Below, one piece after another: positions 12,210 through 28,670 of a stretch of DNA of 64,000 nt. Within the stretch, counting starts at the first letter, position 1. Each line of letters begins with the position of its first letter. Both the position numbers and the translations under genes were made by a program. This DNA is from the human T2T-CHM13v2.0 reference genome, Homo sapiens. The notes under the pieces were generated by a model. It ran no database searches and was not told the origin of the DNA. It worked only from the letters and a program-made list of their open reading frames with translations. Location of the stretch: NCBI RefSeq assembly GCF_009914755.1, contig NC_060926.1. The stretch is one strand, 5' to 3'.

Positions 12210-15200
12210 TGACATTTAATGTACATAGCATAAAATGCGCAAAATATAAGTGTACTGATTGATGGATTTTACAAATGCATACACTCATCTAAAACAACGA
12301 CCAAGATATAGAACGTTTCCACCGTCATAGAAAGTTCCCCCATGCCTTTTTCTAGTTAATCTCCTCCTTCCACCCTCAGGAATCATCTCTCTGATTTCTA
12401 TTACCATGGATCAGTTTTGTGTATTCTAAAATGTCAGATAATGAAGTCATATAGTATGCATTATTTTGGGTCCTTTTTTAGGTTAACATAATGTTTTAGA
12501 GATTCAACCATATGTTTATTTTAGTAATACATTTCTTTTTATTGCTGAGAAGTATTCTAACAATATATGTGGTATAGGTGAATATATCACAATTTATTTA
12601 TTTTCCTGTTGTTGGATATTTTAGATTGTTTCCAGTTTTGGCTATGGTGAGTGCAGTGGCAATGAATATCTTTGTATAATTCATTTTCAACATAAGTGTA
12701 TGTTTTCTTTTACAAGAAACTCAAGTAGTTTTCAAAAGTGAATTGCCACTGGTATTCTTACAAGTGATATATGAGGTCTGTTCACTCTAAAGACTCACCA
12801 TTTGGTATTTTCAGTCTTTTTAGTATAATCAATTCTAGTGGGTATGTAGTGGTATCTCACTGTGGTTTTATTTTGCATTATAATTTAGAAGACTAAGTTT
12901 ATTAAGCAACTGTTTATGTGCTAATAGCCAATCTGACTATCTTCTTTTGTGAAATGTATGTTTAATATTTTTATTCACTTTATAAGCAGAGTTGTTAAAG
13001 TTCTTAATTTTGGTGAAGTCTACTTTATTTATTTTTATTTATGGCTATGCTTTTTGTGGCCTGAAAAATCTGCCCACTTCAAGGTTACAAAGACATTCTC
13101 TTATGTTTTCTTCTGTATGATTTATAGATTTCCTTATGTTTAATGTTTTTAATACACATCAAATTAATTTTTGTGTATCATGGGAGGTTCAATTACTTTT
13201 TATTATTTTAAAAATAAGAATATAAAGTTATCCCAATACCATTCGTTAAAAATACTTTCTTTGCTGTTGTATTTCATGGTAATATTGTTGAAAATATGTT
13301 GTACATTGCTGAAAATATTTTGATCAAATATGACTGTGTCTATTGGTTCCATCGATCTGTCTGTCTATCTTTATATTGATACCTCACTGATTTAACCTTA
13401 TGGTAAGTCTGAATCTCTGGAAACATAAGTATTCCAACTTTGTTCCCTCTTAAAGATAGTTTTGGCTATTCGAGGTCATTTCAATTTCAACATAAAATTT
13501 ATAATCAGCTTTTCAACTTCTATTAAAAAATCTGTTGGGATTTTCTCTCTTTTTCTTTTTTTTAATTATACTTTAAGTACTGGGGTACATGTGCAGAACA
13601 TGCAGGTTTGTTACATAGGTACACACGTGCCATGGTGGTTTGCTGCACCCGTCAACCCATTATCTACATTAGGTATTTCTCCTAATGCTATCCCTCCCAT
13701 AGCTCTCCATTCCCCGACAGGCCCCAGTGTGTGATGTTCCCCTCCCTGTGTCCATGTGTTTTCATTGTTAAACTCCCACTTATGAGTGAGAACATGAGGT
13801 GTTTGGTTTTCTGTCCTTGTGTTAGTTTGCTGAGAATGATGGTTTCCAGCTTTATATATGTCCCTGCAAAGGACATGAACTCATCCTTTTTTATGGCTGC
13901 ATAGTATTCAATGGTGTATATGTGCCACATTTTCTTTATCCAGTCTACCATTGATGGGCATTTATGTTGGTTCCAAGTCTTTGCTATTGTGAACAGTGCC
14001 ACAATAAACATACGTGTGTATGTGTCTTTATAGTAGAATGATTTATAATCATTTGGGTATATACCCAGTAATGGGATTGCTAGGTCAAATGGTATTTCTG
14101 GTTCTAGATCCTTGAGGAATCACCACACTGTCTTCCACAATGGTTGAACTAATTTACACTCCCAACAGTGTAAAAGTGTTCCTATTTCTCCACATCCTCT
14201 CCAGCATCTGTTATTTCCTGACTTTTTAATGATTACCATTCTAACTGGCATAAGATGATATCTCATTGTGGTTTTGATTTGCATTTCTCTAATGACCAAA
14301 GATGATGAGCTTTTTTTCATGTTTGTTGGCTGCATAAGACGGCGATGCATGTATAGATCAATTTGGGGAGAATTATTATCTTAACAATATGAAGTCTTCA
14401 AATCTAAGAACATGGCATAGCACTCTATTTAATTATATCCATACTTTCTCTCAACAATATCTTTCATATTTTCTTTAAATTTATTATATATTTGTGCTTG
14501 TTAATGAAAATGTTTTTATTTTAATTTTATTTTATAATTGTTTCTAGTAGTATATGGGAAGATACTTTTTGTATATTAATCTTGTTTCCTACAACTTTGT
14601 TAAGTCAATTTTGGTTTTAGTATGTGTCTTAGGATTTTGTATGCACAGGACAATGTTGCATGACCATATTGTCTACAAATATACTGTTTTTACTGTATCC
14701 TTTTCAAATCTTATATCTTTTCTTCTTTTTCTTTTTTGTTCTTTTTTTAAAAATCATATTTCACTGACTGATAAAATATTGTATAGAAATGGGCAGAAAG
14801 AATATTCTTGTCTTGTACTCTTAGGGGGAAGCATTCATTAATTCACCATTATGAATAATAATGATGTTAGCAATAGGTCTTTGTAGATGATACTTATTGG
14901 AATGAGGAAGATTTTTCTATCCCTAGTTTGCTGAGAATTTTTTCGTGAATAAGTTGGATTGTTTCAAGTGCCTTTTCCACATTTCTTGAGATGATTTTTG
15001 AAAAATTTCTTATCATGGTGAGTTGCATTTATTTTATTTCAAATGTTAAACTAACCTTGCATTGCAGGGATAAACGCTACGTGGTAATGACGTATTATTC
15101 TTTTTATATATTACTGGGTTTAATTTGCTGATGGTTGATTGAGTAAGATTGCATTCCTGAGGTTTATTGTGCCACTAGGTTATAGTGGCCTCATTAAACA

Positions 15201-15550
15201 GATTGATAAATGTAATTTCACTACTTTCATAAGGAGTATTTGTATAGAATTGATTATTTATTCCCTAAATTTTTGATAGAATTCACTAGTAAAATCATCT
15301 TGGTTTGGAGTTCTCCTTGTGTGAAAATTTTGGTTATGAATTCAATTTCCTAAAGACAAAGAGCTATTTATATTTTCCTTTTTTAAAAAAACATAACTTG
15401 TGTCTATCAAAGACCTTGTTCATTTTCTTCCAGTTGTTAAATGTATTAGCATAAATTTGTTTATAATATTCCTTTATTATCCCTTTACTATTTGTGGACT
15501 CTACAGTGATGCTTCCTTCTTCTTTCTCTATATTTGTAATTTTCTGTAAG
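12210..15550 (-). mobile_element. Old L1M (L1MC/MD/ME-type), split by the L1PA insertion at 13545-14337
   Basis: Antisense L1 motifs TTGCTGAGAAGTATTC, TATAGATCAATTTGGGGAGAAT, TTTGATAGAATTCACTAGTAAAATCATCT. Confidence 0.8.
13545..14337 (-). mobile_element. 5'-truncated L1PA7/8-like 3' end
   Basis: ORF2 C-terminus in ORF track (KKMWHIYTIEYYAAIKKDEFMSF); 3'UTR ACATGTGCAGAACATGCAGGTTTGTTACATAGG; T-rich tail. Confidence 0.92.
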
Positions 15551-15599
15551 GTGTGGTATGAGAACCTACTGATGTGGTTGACCTTTCCTATTAAGAGCT

Positions 15600-18470
<2,871 letters not shown>

Positions 18471-19556
18471 AATAGTAAAACATGCTAATTATACTTATTT
18501 CTTATTCCTGTTTTCTGTTGATAAATTCCATAAGGAATCTGAGGAGTAGGTTATGGTTTAGGAGTCTCTAAAATTGGCTCTCCACTAACAATTAAGCACT
18601 CAGAATTCAAATTCCAGTGAGTCTAGAAAGCCTCACTACCTCCTGTCTATATTTTCCCCATTTCTCATTGAGCCAGGTATGCACACTGTACCTTAGAAAT
18701 AGCTTAGGGTCTTACCCAGCTCTCCTTAGTTAATAAAAATACCATGTTCTGAGAACATCTTTGATTCTATTTACTACAATATTGAAAAAAGTGTCTGTTA
18801 CATCAAGTGTCTAACACTGGTGTCATAGTTTTATTAGGCTGTTTTAATAATTCTTTTCAAATAACCTCAAATATCTCTTATTACTTTGATAAAAATCTTG
18901 TTACAAAATAGTAATAAATGGCAAAATTGACAACATTTCTCCCCACTTAGAACACTATTTTATTTCTTGGTATATATTTCTTATTCTCTACCTTCCTGTA
19001 TACAAGAAAATGTGTAATAATCTTATAGATATTAAACATTGAAGGACATGATGGGCTATCAATCAGCTGCTAGGAAAAACTAAGAACAGATAATATGACA
19101 GGTTCGCAGCATTTAGACATATCTTATCACAAGGTCAGAAGGGAATCTTATGACAGAAGTAAATATTGTAAGTTACCATGTGCTAATCCTCAAGCAGAAA
19201 GTTAATTCCTGAGGACATGGCATTGTGGGCTGCTATGAGTGCTTCTGACTACCTATAAGGTTACGATTAGTGGAGAAGTTGAAGTTAAGGGTATTAATCG
19301 ATGTACTTACAACATGTCCCTTGTATACTTTTGTAACATTACCAAGAGCATTGCGAGCAGCCTCCTTATGACATTTTATTAGAAGTCTGTGCTTTTATTC
19401 CTCCAGACTTTCCCAATCTCATCAGTCAGTCAGCTCTTAAGCATAGTAAGACTTAATAACAATGTACTCCATTTTTTTCTGTGAAATTATGTTTTCAAGT
19501 CCTTAATTCTTAGAGCTCTGATACTCATTATTTTAAATTTTCATTGTATTTAGAAC

Positions 19557-19593
19557 ATATGCAATTACAGATTGTAAATCTGTAATTGCATAT
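19557..19593. repeat. Perfect hairpin: 17-bp stem, 3-nt loop
   Basis: ATATGCAATTACAGATT-GTA-AATCTGTAATTGCATAT. Confidence 0.95.
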
Positions 19594-19807
19594 CTGGTGA
19601 GATTTGGTTTTGGCTCCCATCTTCCACTGGAAATGCAATGGTCATGGACATTTCCAAGTCTGCCTGTGAGCTGATGCATGACTCTTATCACTGCCTGTCT
19701 CACTCGTTTATATTCATTTATTATGAAGACAACTATAATACTCTATGCCAAGATAGCAAGAATGGTTGTGTCCCAGCTAAGGATTTCTTTTTATTTTACG
19801 TAATTGG

Positions 19808-20178
19808 ATGTCTTCATTCATTTATGCTGTTATAACATAATACTATGGATGGGGTAATTTATACACAACAGGAATTTGCTCGTAGTTCTGGAGGCTGGGA
19901 AGTTCAAGTTCAAGATGCTGGCATTCAGTGTCCAGTGAGAGCCTTTTTGCTGTATCCTCACAAAGAGAAGGCAAAAGAGATAAATGCTGTGTTTTTACAC
20001 AGCCAAAGAGCAAAAGAGCAAGCTAACTAAATGCTGTGTGAAGTCTGTTTTATAAGGGCCTTAATCCCATTAATGAGGAAGGAGCCCTTGTGGTCTAATC
20101 ACCTCTTAAATGTTCTACCTCTTAATATCACCATATTGGAAACTTGAATTTTGAAAAGGACACGTTCAAATCATGGCA
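19808..20178 (-). mobile_element. MaLR solo LTR (MSTC/MSTD/MLT1A-like)
   Basis: GTTCTGGAGGCTGGGAAGTTCAAG, CTAATCACCTCTTAAA, ending TTCAAATCATGGCA. Confidence 0.8.
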
Positions 20179-20615
20179 CTCCACTTTTCAAAATCTCTGT
20201 GATGGCAAGACAGTAACAACAATGATTTTCTCCTTTGTATCTCCTTCATCCTACCTTATTTGCTATGGTACTCAGGTACTTTTGCCTTGTCAGTCTTAAA
20301 TAAGTTTGGCTTATGGCCTTGGACAATAATGTTTATATATTTATTTTTAAATTCATTGACTTTACTGTTCAAAAAATTTCTATTTTTTTCTAACACTTAA
20401 TTGTGTCTTCAAAGCAAAATTATTAAACCTCCTTTCAATACCATTCTAGAGGGACAGGAGATTTCCTTTTATAATATTTCATCTTTAAAACACACCAGGA
20501 TATTTATCTCAATATATTTACTTTCCCCCAGTGCAGACAGTATTTGCATTTAAGAGTAATCATCAACATAAAGCAGTTTTGATGCTAAAGAAGCCATGGC
20601 ATTTAAAACAGACTG

Positions 20616-20928
<313 letters not shown>

Positions 20929-21389
20929 AAAACAGACTATTTCTACTTAACTCTGTAGAAGCCAAATTCTCTTCCAATTCAGTCTTCAACTTTCCAAATC
21001 CGTGCCTGTACACCCAGCAGCACAAAATCATACCTTCTTCCAAGCCACCAAGTCAAAGACGTAAAATAAAAAATCACGTTGAATATGTGGACTGTGTGCT
21101 GGAGGCAGATTCAATCTTGTCAACATTGACTAGAGCAGGATTCTCCGTGTGCTGCCTGCATAATCAATAACACGTTTAGGTACATATATTAGGTAGATAA
21201 AATGAAGGAGAAGAAAATGGCTAAATTAAGGAAGAAAGCCATATTGTAAAACTAGTAATGACTTTTCCATTGGATTGGTAATTTCTGTTTTATCAAAGAT
21301 ACACTGCTGAACAAGACCATTTCAGCTTCCTTTCTAGTCTAATGGGGAAAAAATGTAATAGAAGGTTCGTAGCTACTATTAAGAATGTA

Positions 21390-21890
21390 TTGGCAACCCT
21401 CTCGTTTGCAAGTAGCCAAAGCCTGATTTACATCAGCTTAAGCAAAGAAAGAAATTTATTAACATATATAAGTGAAAAGTTCAAAGGATGCAGCAATTCA
21501 GGAATGACTGGATCTTAGGGTTCAATGCTATTAAGGCTATATGTCTTCATCTTTCAGCTTCCAACTCTGCCACATCTGTGTTTATGTCATTCTCAAGCAG
21601 GCTCCCTCCACAGAGGCAAAGGAGACCACCTTTAGCTCTAGGCCCACACATTAATTGTTTAGCAACTTCAGGGATAATAGAGATCCCACTCTGATAGGTC
21701 TGGCAGAAAACACAAAGCGAGAGTCTGTTCTATTTGGTCTGGATTGGGTTGTACCCACACCCATGGTGGGAGGACAGGGTTAGCCCATTCTGACTGCTTA
21801 CAATGCCCACAAAAAGGGGGAGTCTGTTACCAAAATAATGGAAAAGGAATGTTGGCCTGGAAAAGCCAATGGATAGCTCTACAAATGCCC
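21390..21890 (-). mobile_element. MLT1J/K-like LTR
   Basis: TTGCAAGTAGCCAAAGCC..CTTAAGCAAAGAAAGAAATTTATT..TTCAGGAATGACTGGATC. Confidence 0.65.
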
Positions 21891-22189
21891 AGCTCTACTA
21901 CTTTGAACTATGCCTATTTTTTTTTTTTTGGTGGATGAAATTTTACTTTGTTGTTTCCACATTGGGAATACACAACTTGAACAACTGATGCCACAGAAAC
22001 CAGCTCCAGCCTTAAAGAACAGTAGAGATAGAGTTGCTGTGCTTGGTGGAATGAAAACAAGGCTGGAGCATCCTTGCCATTCTCTGTGCAGGTGTAACTG
22101 TATAGACTTCTGTCCCATTGCATTATAATTTCTGCTAACAATGTGTCTTCCTCCCTAGGCCAAGAACTTCTTCAAAGTAGGGAATTTGG

Positions 22190-22275
22190 AGATTCATCTC
22201 TGTATTGTGAGTGTTTAGCCCAGTGTCTGACACTGTGTAGGTACTTACATGTCTGTTGAATAAATATACAGATGG
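22190..22275 (+). mobile_element. L2 3' terminal fragment
   Basis: TAGCCCAGTGTCTGACACTGTGTAGGTACTT..TGTTGAATAAAT. Confidence 0.6.
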
Positions 22276-22624
22276 CAAACTAAATGATTTTAAGATGCAG
22301 AGTTTATTAGCATCAGTACCGTAACCAAAATCAGAGGAAGAGGCCCTGTTAGTCTTGTTCCAGAATTTGTGACTCAAATATTTTAGTATAAATGCTTTCA
22401 TTATTATTGTTGTTGTTGTAAATAACCATAGAAAGCCCTTAAATTTGTATAATACTTTGCCATTTTCGTTATCACTTTGACCTTACAACAATCATGTAAG
22501 CCTCTCAGAGTAGTTATTATAATCCCTATACTGCAGGTATGGTATCGTGTGTTTAGGACAGATTCCTAGGGATGTGCAGCTAGTAAGTGTTCAAGCTAGT
22601 ACAGAAAGTTAGTTTTGTTCTACT

Positions 22625-22933
22625 AGCTGGGCATGGTGACTCATGACTGTAATTCCAGCATTTTGGGAGGCTGTGATGGGCGCATAACTTGAGGTCAGGA
22701 GTTCGAGACCAGCCTGTCCAACATAGTGAAACCCTGTCTGTACTAAAAATACAAAACTTAGGCATGGTGGCAGGTGCCTGTAACTCCAGCTGCTTGGGAA
22801 GCTGAGGCAGGAAAATTGCTTGAATCCAGAAGGTAGAGGTTTCAGCGAGCCGAGATTGCACCATTGCACTCCAGCATGGGCAACAGAGTGAGACTCTGTC
22901 TCAAAAAAAACAACCAAACAAACAAAAAAAAAA
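22625..22933 (+). mobile_element. AluS-like SINE
   Basis: Alu dimer with GAGGTCAGGAGTTCGAGACCAGCC, central A-linker and A-rich tail. Confidence 0.93.
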
Positions 22934-25847
22934 GAAAGTCTTATTCTATAGTGGGGTGAGTTCCCCCCTGCCCATGGTTCTTTATTATGAGTAGTACATG
23001 GGTTTTCCCCCATGGTTGTTCTTTATTTAGAGTACTGTATGGCGGCATGAAATCTCAGGACACCTAAAGATAAAGAACATCCTGAAAGAGAGGCAGATCT
23101 GAAAAAGAGGGCAGGTGGGGACAGCAAAGTCACAATGCCATCAACTTAAGCTGTATATTAAGGGAGAAAACATACAGATTCCCTAGACTGAAGACAAGGT
23201 TTAACAGGCTGCTATTGCTATCCACGTGACCACGGACAAATCAATCACAGAAACCTGTTTTCAAGATCTCCTATGACGAAGTACATTGAGATCTTTTCAT
23301 ATTGCTATGGTCTGAAAATCATGTGGCCTTAACATAGAAAGGGGATCACAAAGAGAATTATTAACAGGATGCAGAGACCCTATTGGCTCCAGAACACATG
23401 CCAAGTAGAGATGTTGTTAACAATGTAAAGAATCAGTTTGGGTTTGGCCAGCACTGAAATCAAGATTATTCAAATAGAATGTCTTGATATGAGTGTAGCA
23501 CTCATATCAGTAGTAAAAATGTAAAGGTCAACTGCTGCTTATCTCAAGGTATTCTCTTCAATGGTAACTGAAGATTTAAATGACTATAGAAATTAATGCA
23601 AAGTACAATAGGCAAATTTTGAGCATAAGAAATGAAGGCATAACCAAACGTGGCATTTTTTAATGGTGCTCCCTGACAAGCATTTATTTTCTTTAGAATA
23701 GAGAACAAGTCTGTAAATGGCTTAACAATAAATTCCTTTATAAGTGGAATCTGGTGTTTAGTACCTTGTTTAGGACCAAGGTGTTAAGTACCTATTCCCA
23801 TGCCCCATCTCTGACTTTGTAAAGCAGGACTCAGGACTGCTGACATATAATAGTCAATGCTACTCTGTGGCAGCCTTACAGTTCTTTATAAGTAGGGTTC
23901 CTTATATTTGAATATGTGCTTGAGCTTCAGGGGACACATGAACACCTGAAATTAAATGAAAATGTTGTGTGCCTGAACTTGGAAATACTGAAAAAGGGAG
24001 AAGAAACAAAAGCTTTCTTTAGATTATCACATACATCTTTCTAAAAAAAAAAATTAAGAACACTGTTGTAGAGTCTCACTAATAAACCTAAGTAACACGC
24101 CTCTTGCTTCAAAGTTAGTTTGTCTTGGATGTTTAACTCCATGATTATTACCATTAATAATCTCTGGTTTCCTATTTCTCCAGTGCTGTGCTTAATCTTT
24201 CCTATATTAATTTCAGCATTAAACATTGGATGTCTAAATGTATTCTTTATTATGTGATTGAGTTTGCATTTATATAGTATGACATACATTCTAATATTAT
24301 TGAGACTGCTTGAATAATGTCTAGTTTTCACATAATTACTTTCTCTATTTCTCGGCTAAAATTGGCAGTAACTCCCAAATATATTCAGGCTCATTTAAAT
24401 GTTCCAGGTATCCAGGAAAGAAGTATAAAATGAAGATAATCACTGTGTTTTTTCTCGCTTTCACTATCTTCTCACTTGGGATACATTCTCAACACTGAGA
24501 GACAACCAGCTCTCATGCATAGTTGAGACAGGGCTTTCTCTGGTAATCCCCAGCCTGAAGCACCCACCACCTCTTGTGAACACAAAAAACACTTTTAAAT
24601 CTATGCCATTTGGTAACTTGTCACTTTCTGTTATTCTTTATGATATATGCTTTATTGTTGCTGTCTATTTTTTGTCTTATTTGCTGTGTAACTTCACATC
24701 TTATCTCTCCTCGTAGGTTACAAACTATTAAAATGAAAGAATAATAACTCATCCTATTTTGTTATCTTTCCTAATTCATAATATAATGATACCAGATAAT
24801 CAGTTTTATTTAACTAATCCAGTGAAATATATTTTTTCTCATGCCCTACAATCTTTTCATCCATTAAGTTTCTACTCTAAATCTTCCTAAGAGGAATATC
24901 TGCTATTAACCAGGATTTTGTTTCATATCTACCATGATCAGTAAATGAAAAATTATAGGTTAGTAATTTTCTATCTCTTTCTCATTACTATCTTTAAATA
25001 GTGGGTCTCCAATTCACATGCCTGCAGAGGCCAGGTGGGTGACATGTCTGTGTATCAATGATGAAGCTTTTAATAATTCCCAGGACACTCAATGCTATCA
25101 TAAAACAAAATGCTAGAAAAATGAACCTCTCCAATGCTGTACTACGTATATGTAAGAAATTGGACAAAATATTCTTTTAAAAGGGAAGAATAGGTCATTA
25201 GTGGCCTCAATTAGGTCAGCCTATTTATCTCCTAGTGTCAGCTCCACAGCAGAAGCCAAATGAAAGAATCTTCATAGATATGCACAGCAATCTAGAAGTC
25301 CAGAGGTCTTGTGTTATCATCAGATGTTTTTTGGTCCATTAAACAATTACTGTGACTTCAGGGTTGCATTAGGGGGAAAATTAATAGCAGGAAGACAATA
25401 ACTAGGGACTAATTGGGTGTTCATCATGACAGATGAGAGCCTCCCCCCAGGGAACAAAACACAAAGACTTGGTCGAACCAATCAGTAACAAAGGGAGAAA
25501 AACAGAAGGGCAAATGCTCTCCCTGTAGCTGGGAGATGAGAGTAAAATTCCAAGGGAGACAGAATTGGCATAAAACAAAGGAAAATTTAGCATGTTTGGA
25601 AAACCCTGCAAATCTTCATAGCTCCAGGAATATATTCTGTCCTCCAAAGACTCAAGACATAAAATTAAAAGATGAGTCTAGCTGATGTTAAAAATGGTAT
25701 GAAAAGTAAAACACTGTTGTTTATCTTCTTTATACTTTTCTGTGTTTTATGTAAGTATGTAAAAGCACCAATTACATAAAACATGAGTTTTATATTTTTA
25801 CATTGTTGTGTGACGTGAAAACATAGAAAAGTCTCTCTTTAAGGACT

Positions 25848-26325
25848 TTTGAGAGACAATTCTTTCAGGATCTCTCATGGTTCTGTATAGCTTGTCAGTG
25901 GGAGGGCTAACTGCCTTTTGTCCTAGACTGTTGTTTCAAGGATGTTTGTATAATAAACAGCCTCAGATTATGAAGATAGTGTCTCCCCCAAGAACCAGAG
26001 GAAGATTTCATTACAGTCTTGGAAAATAACATTAGTATCACCTTGTGGAACCAAGGATGTGCATGCTAACCGCCCGTTATAAATAATTTGGGTTCCCTAA
26101 GCTCTGGGTTCCTTTCCTGTAATACAATCTATTGTGCATGCACATGCCATCTGCCCCTCTTCACTTTGCTATGTGGAAAGTGGATCAAGAAATCCGTGCA
26201 AAAATGCTGATAATTTGGCTTCTGCTGTTGCTGTAATAAGCTGTTATTTGCCTCTGACCCAGGAGTCTCATGACTTCTATGAATATTCATAAAATTGTAA
26301 ATTTCAGACTGTTCACAGTTCTTGT
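25848..26325 (+). mobile_element. ERV solo LTR (LTR47-like by recall)
   Basis: TGAGAGACAATTCT..TTTCAAGGATGTTTGTATA..GATAGTGTCTCCC; TATAAA at ~26078; CTCTGACCCAGGAGTCTCATG near the 3' end. Confidence 0.6.
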
Positions 26326-27227
26326 AAAGTTTATTTACTCCTGAGTGTATCTTAACACCTTATTTTAATGAGTCAACTAAATGCACATATTCACAGTGCA
26401 TAGCTCTGTACTTTGGGTCTAAAGCATATGGCTTTTTTTTTTTTTTTTAAATTGTAGTCTATTCTTATTTGCCTTTTGTAATTTGCAATGTACTGTATCT
26501 TTGGTTCCTTCTTCATGGCAGAGTCATTTATTTAAGCCACCATTTTCTCCCCCAAAAACATTAGTTTGGAATATTAGTGCAGTTTCATTGTATTTCAATT
26601 TGTCTCATCAATCTAGACTATAATCAGTTTATAGCTACTTTCAAATCTAAGGTTGGGACTGTAAATATCACTTTTGCACCTGATCAGTATATCAGCTGTT
26701 CAATTAAAAATTTATTTAGTAACTTAGAATTTCCACAGAAAGAGGGGTCTTTTTACCTGCTCATAATTTTCCAAATAAAATTTGGATAGCATCTTCAAGA
26801 ATTACCATTATCACACGTGAAAAGCTAAAAGTAATGATGAAGAGGTGAGATCACTTGACAAACTAAGCACAGCAATCCCAAGTGACTGTGAGAAAGAACG
26901 GAGGAAAAACACCCCAGCTTTGGAATAGGATAAAAATGTCTACTTAATATTTAGTTACTAATCTGTAATATATGTTCTGTTAGTTTGTGTAGATTAACTA
27001 TTTCAGCAAATGATCATAAATCTCAGATGCTTAACAAATAAACAGAGCAAAGGTATCCTGGTTCAATATTGGCTGATGGGTAAGCTCAGGCTCCAAGGAA
27101 TCTTTTGCAGCCCAGGATTTGTCATGTGACTCCTCCATCTTCCTAGATCTCCAGTGAATCTTCTACATAAGACTGTGAGCCCAGAGAAGAGAAACAGCTA
27201 GAAGAGGTAATATCTGCTTTTTACCAT

Positions 27228-27672
27228 TGTGGCAGAATGGGTTCCTTGGGAAGATGCTCTAAGATTTGTGCTTAGGAAGTTTTTTGGAATCAAGTCTCTT
27301 GGAATCAAAAATCTATGGAGAAATGAAGGAAGCATGACTGGACAGAGAGAGAAGTTAAGCTGAGACAAAGTAAAAAAGAAAGCTTCAGTCAAACTACAGG
27401 AAACTCTGGAGTTGAGATGATCTCCTCATGTTGTACAAAATTTAGGGCAAGGAGCTAGGACCCATACATGAATAGATCATTGAATGTGAGCTATTTCCAA
27501 GAAGTACATATAACCCATGTGGCGAGGGGCCACTCTCTTCAAACAAAAGCAATCACTGGAAGGGGAGATTCAGCTGTGATCTGTAAGCTATCAACATTGA
27601 CAACAGCTAGAGGAATGAGTGCTTCAGTCCTAAGGAGGAAGATCTGGGTGCTATGACAGAGTGTCCACTACA
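27228..27672 (-). mobile_element. LTR16-like ERVL solo LTR inside an older MLT1-like relic (~26975-28425)
   Basis: TG...CA ends; GGGTTCCTTGGGAAG..GGACAGAGAGAGAAGTTAAGCTG..GATCTGGGTG..TCCACTACA. Confidence 0.65.
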
Positions 27673-27757
27673 AATATTCTGGCTGGGAGTTGATCCACAT
27701 TACTTCTGCTTACATCGTTAGCAGCAGTATGTATCTGAGTCACGCAGTATCAAAGTA

Positions 27758-28358
27758 TGTTAGTGGTGGCAAATCTGCACAGGTCTGCAGCAATACTCAA
27801 TTCTTGCCTCCTCAGAAGAAAAAATTTGACCCAGAGGCATAAGCTAGAGTGACAGAATGAGGCAAGTTTTAGAGTGGGAGTGAAAATTTATTAAAAAGCT
27901 TTAAAGCAGGAACAAAAGGAAGTGAAGTATACTTGGAAGAGAGCCCTGCAGGCAACTTGAGAGATCAAGTGCACAGTTTGACCTTTGACTTGGGGTCTTA
28001 TACATTGGCATGCTTCTGAGGTTGCATTACTTCTCCCCTGATTCTTCCTATGGGGTAGGCTGTCCACATGCACAGTGGCCTGCTAGCACTTGGGAGGGGC
28101 CACATGCGAAGTGTATTTACTGAAACTGTGCACATGATCACTTGAGGCATCCTTCCCTTACCAGTCGAGTGTTCCTATAAAGTCATATACAAGTTAAACT
28201 CTGCCATTTTGCCTCTTAATGCACATGCTTGAGCCCACTCACCCAGCTCCTGAGATCTTATTGGTACGCTGATCACCAGTTTCAGGTTTTTCTATCTATT
28301 GGGAGACTGCCTTTCCCTGGCACTGACTATGTCGGACTAGCTACCTACTTGCAACAAC
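27758..28358 (-). mobile_element. ERV1 solo LTR (MER50-like)
   Basis: GGTCTGCAGCAA..CAATTCTTGCCTCCTCAGAAGAAA..GAGGCAAGTTTTAGAG..TTTATTAAAAAGCTT; ends CTACCTAC..AACA. Confidence 0.75.
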
Positions 28359-28427
28359 ATTACATTAAGCAGATCTAGTCACATGCTCCCAACAACATCT
28401 AAGGAGTTTGAGAGATGTTGTCTAGTG

Positions 28428-28670
28428 CAGTGCTGCTCAAAATAGCTTGATGCTTAAATGAGAAAATAAATCCTTGTTGCTTAAATGAGAAGGTAAATAA
28501 CAACATGACTTCCTTCATCAAAGTCTTCCTGAGGAAGAAAATGTCAGTTGAAATTAACTCTGTGCTTAGTACTGTTGTTGATTTATATTCTAGTCTAGAT
28601 TCCTTATAGAGTCACAAATTAATAACAGTTCATAGACCAGGACCAGTCTGAAGACCACATTTAGAGGAGT
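28428..28670. mobile_element. Degenerate hAT-Charlie MITE
   Basis: CAGTGCTGCTCAAA start and GGACCAGTC..GACCACATTT end resemble Charlie TIRs. Confidence 0.45.
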
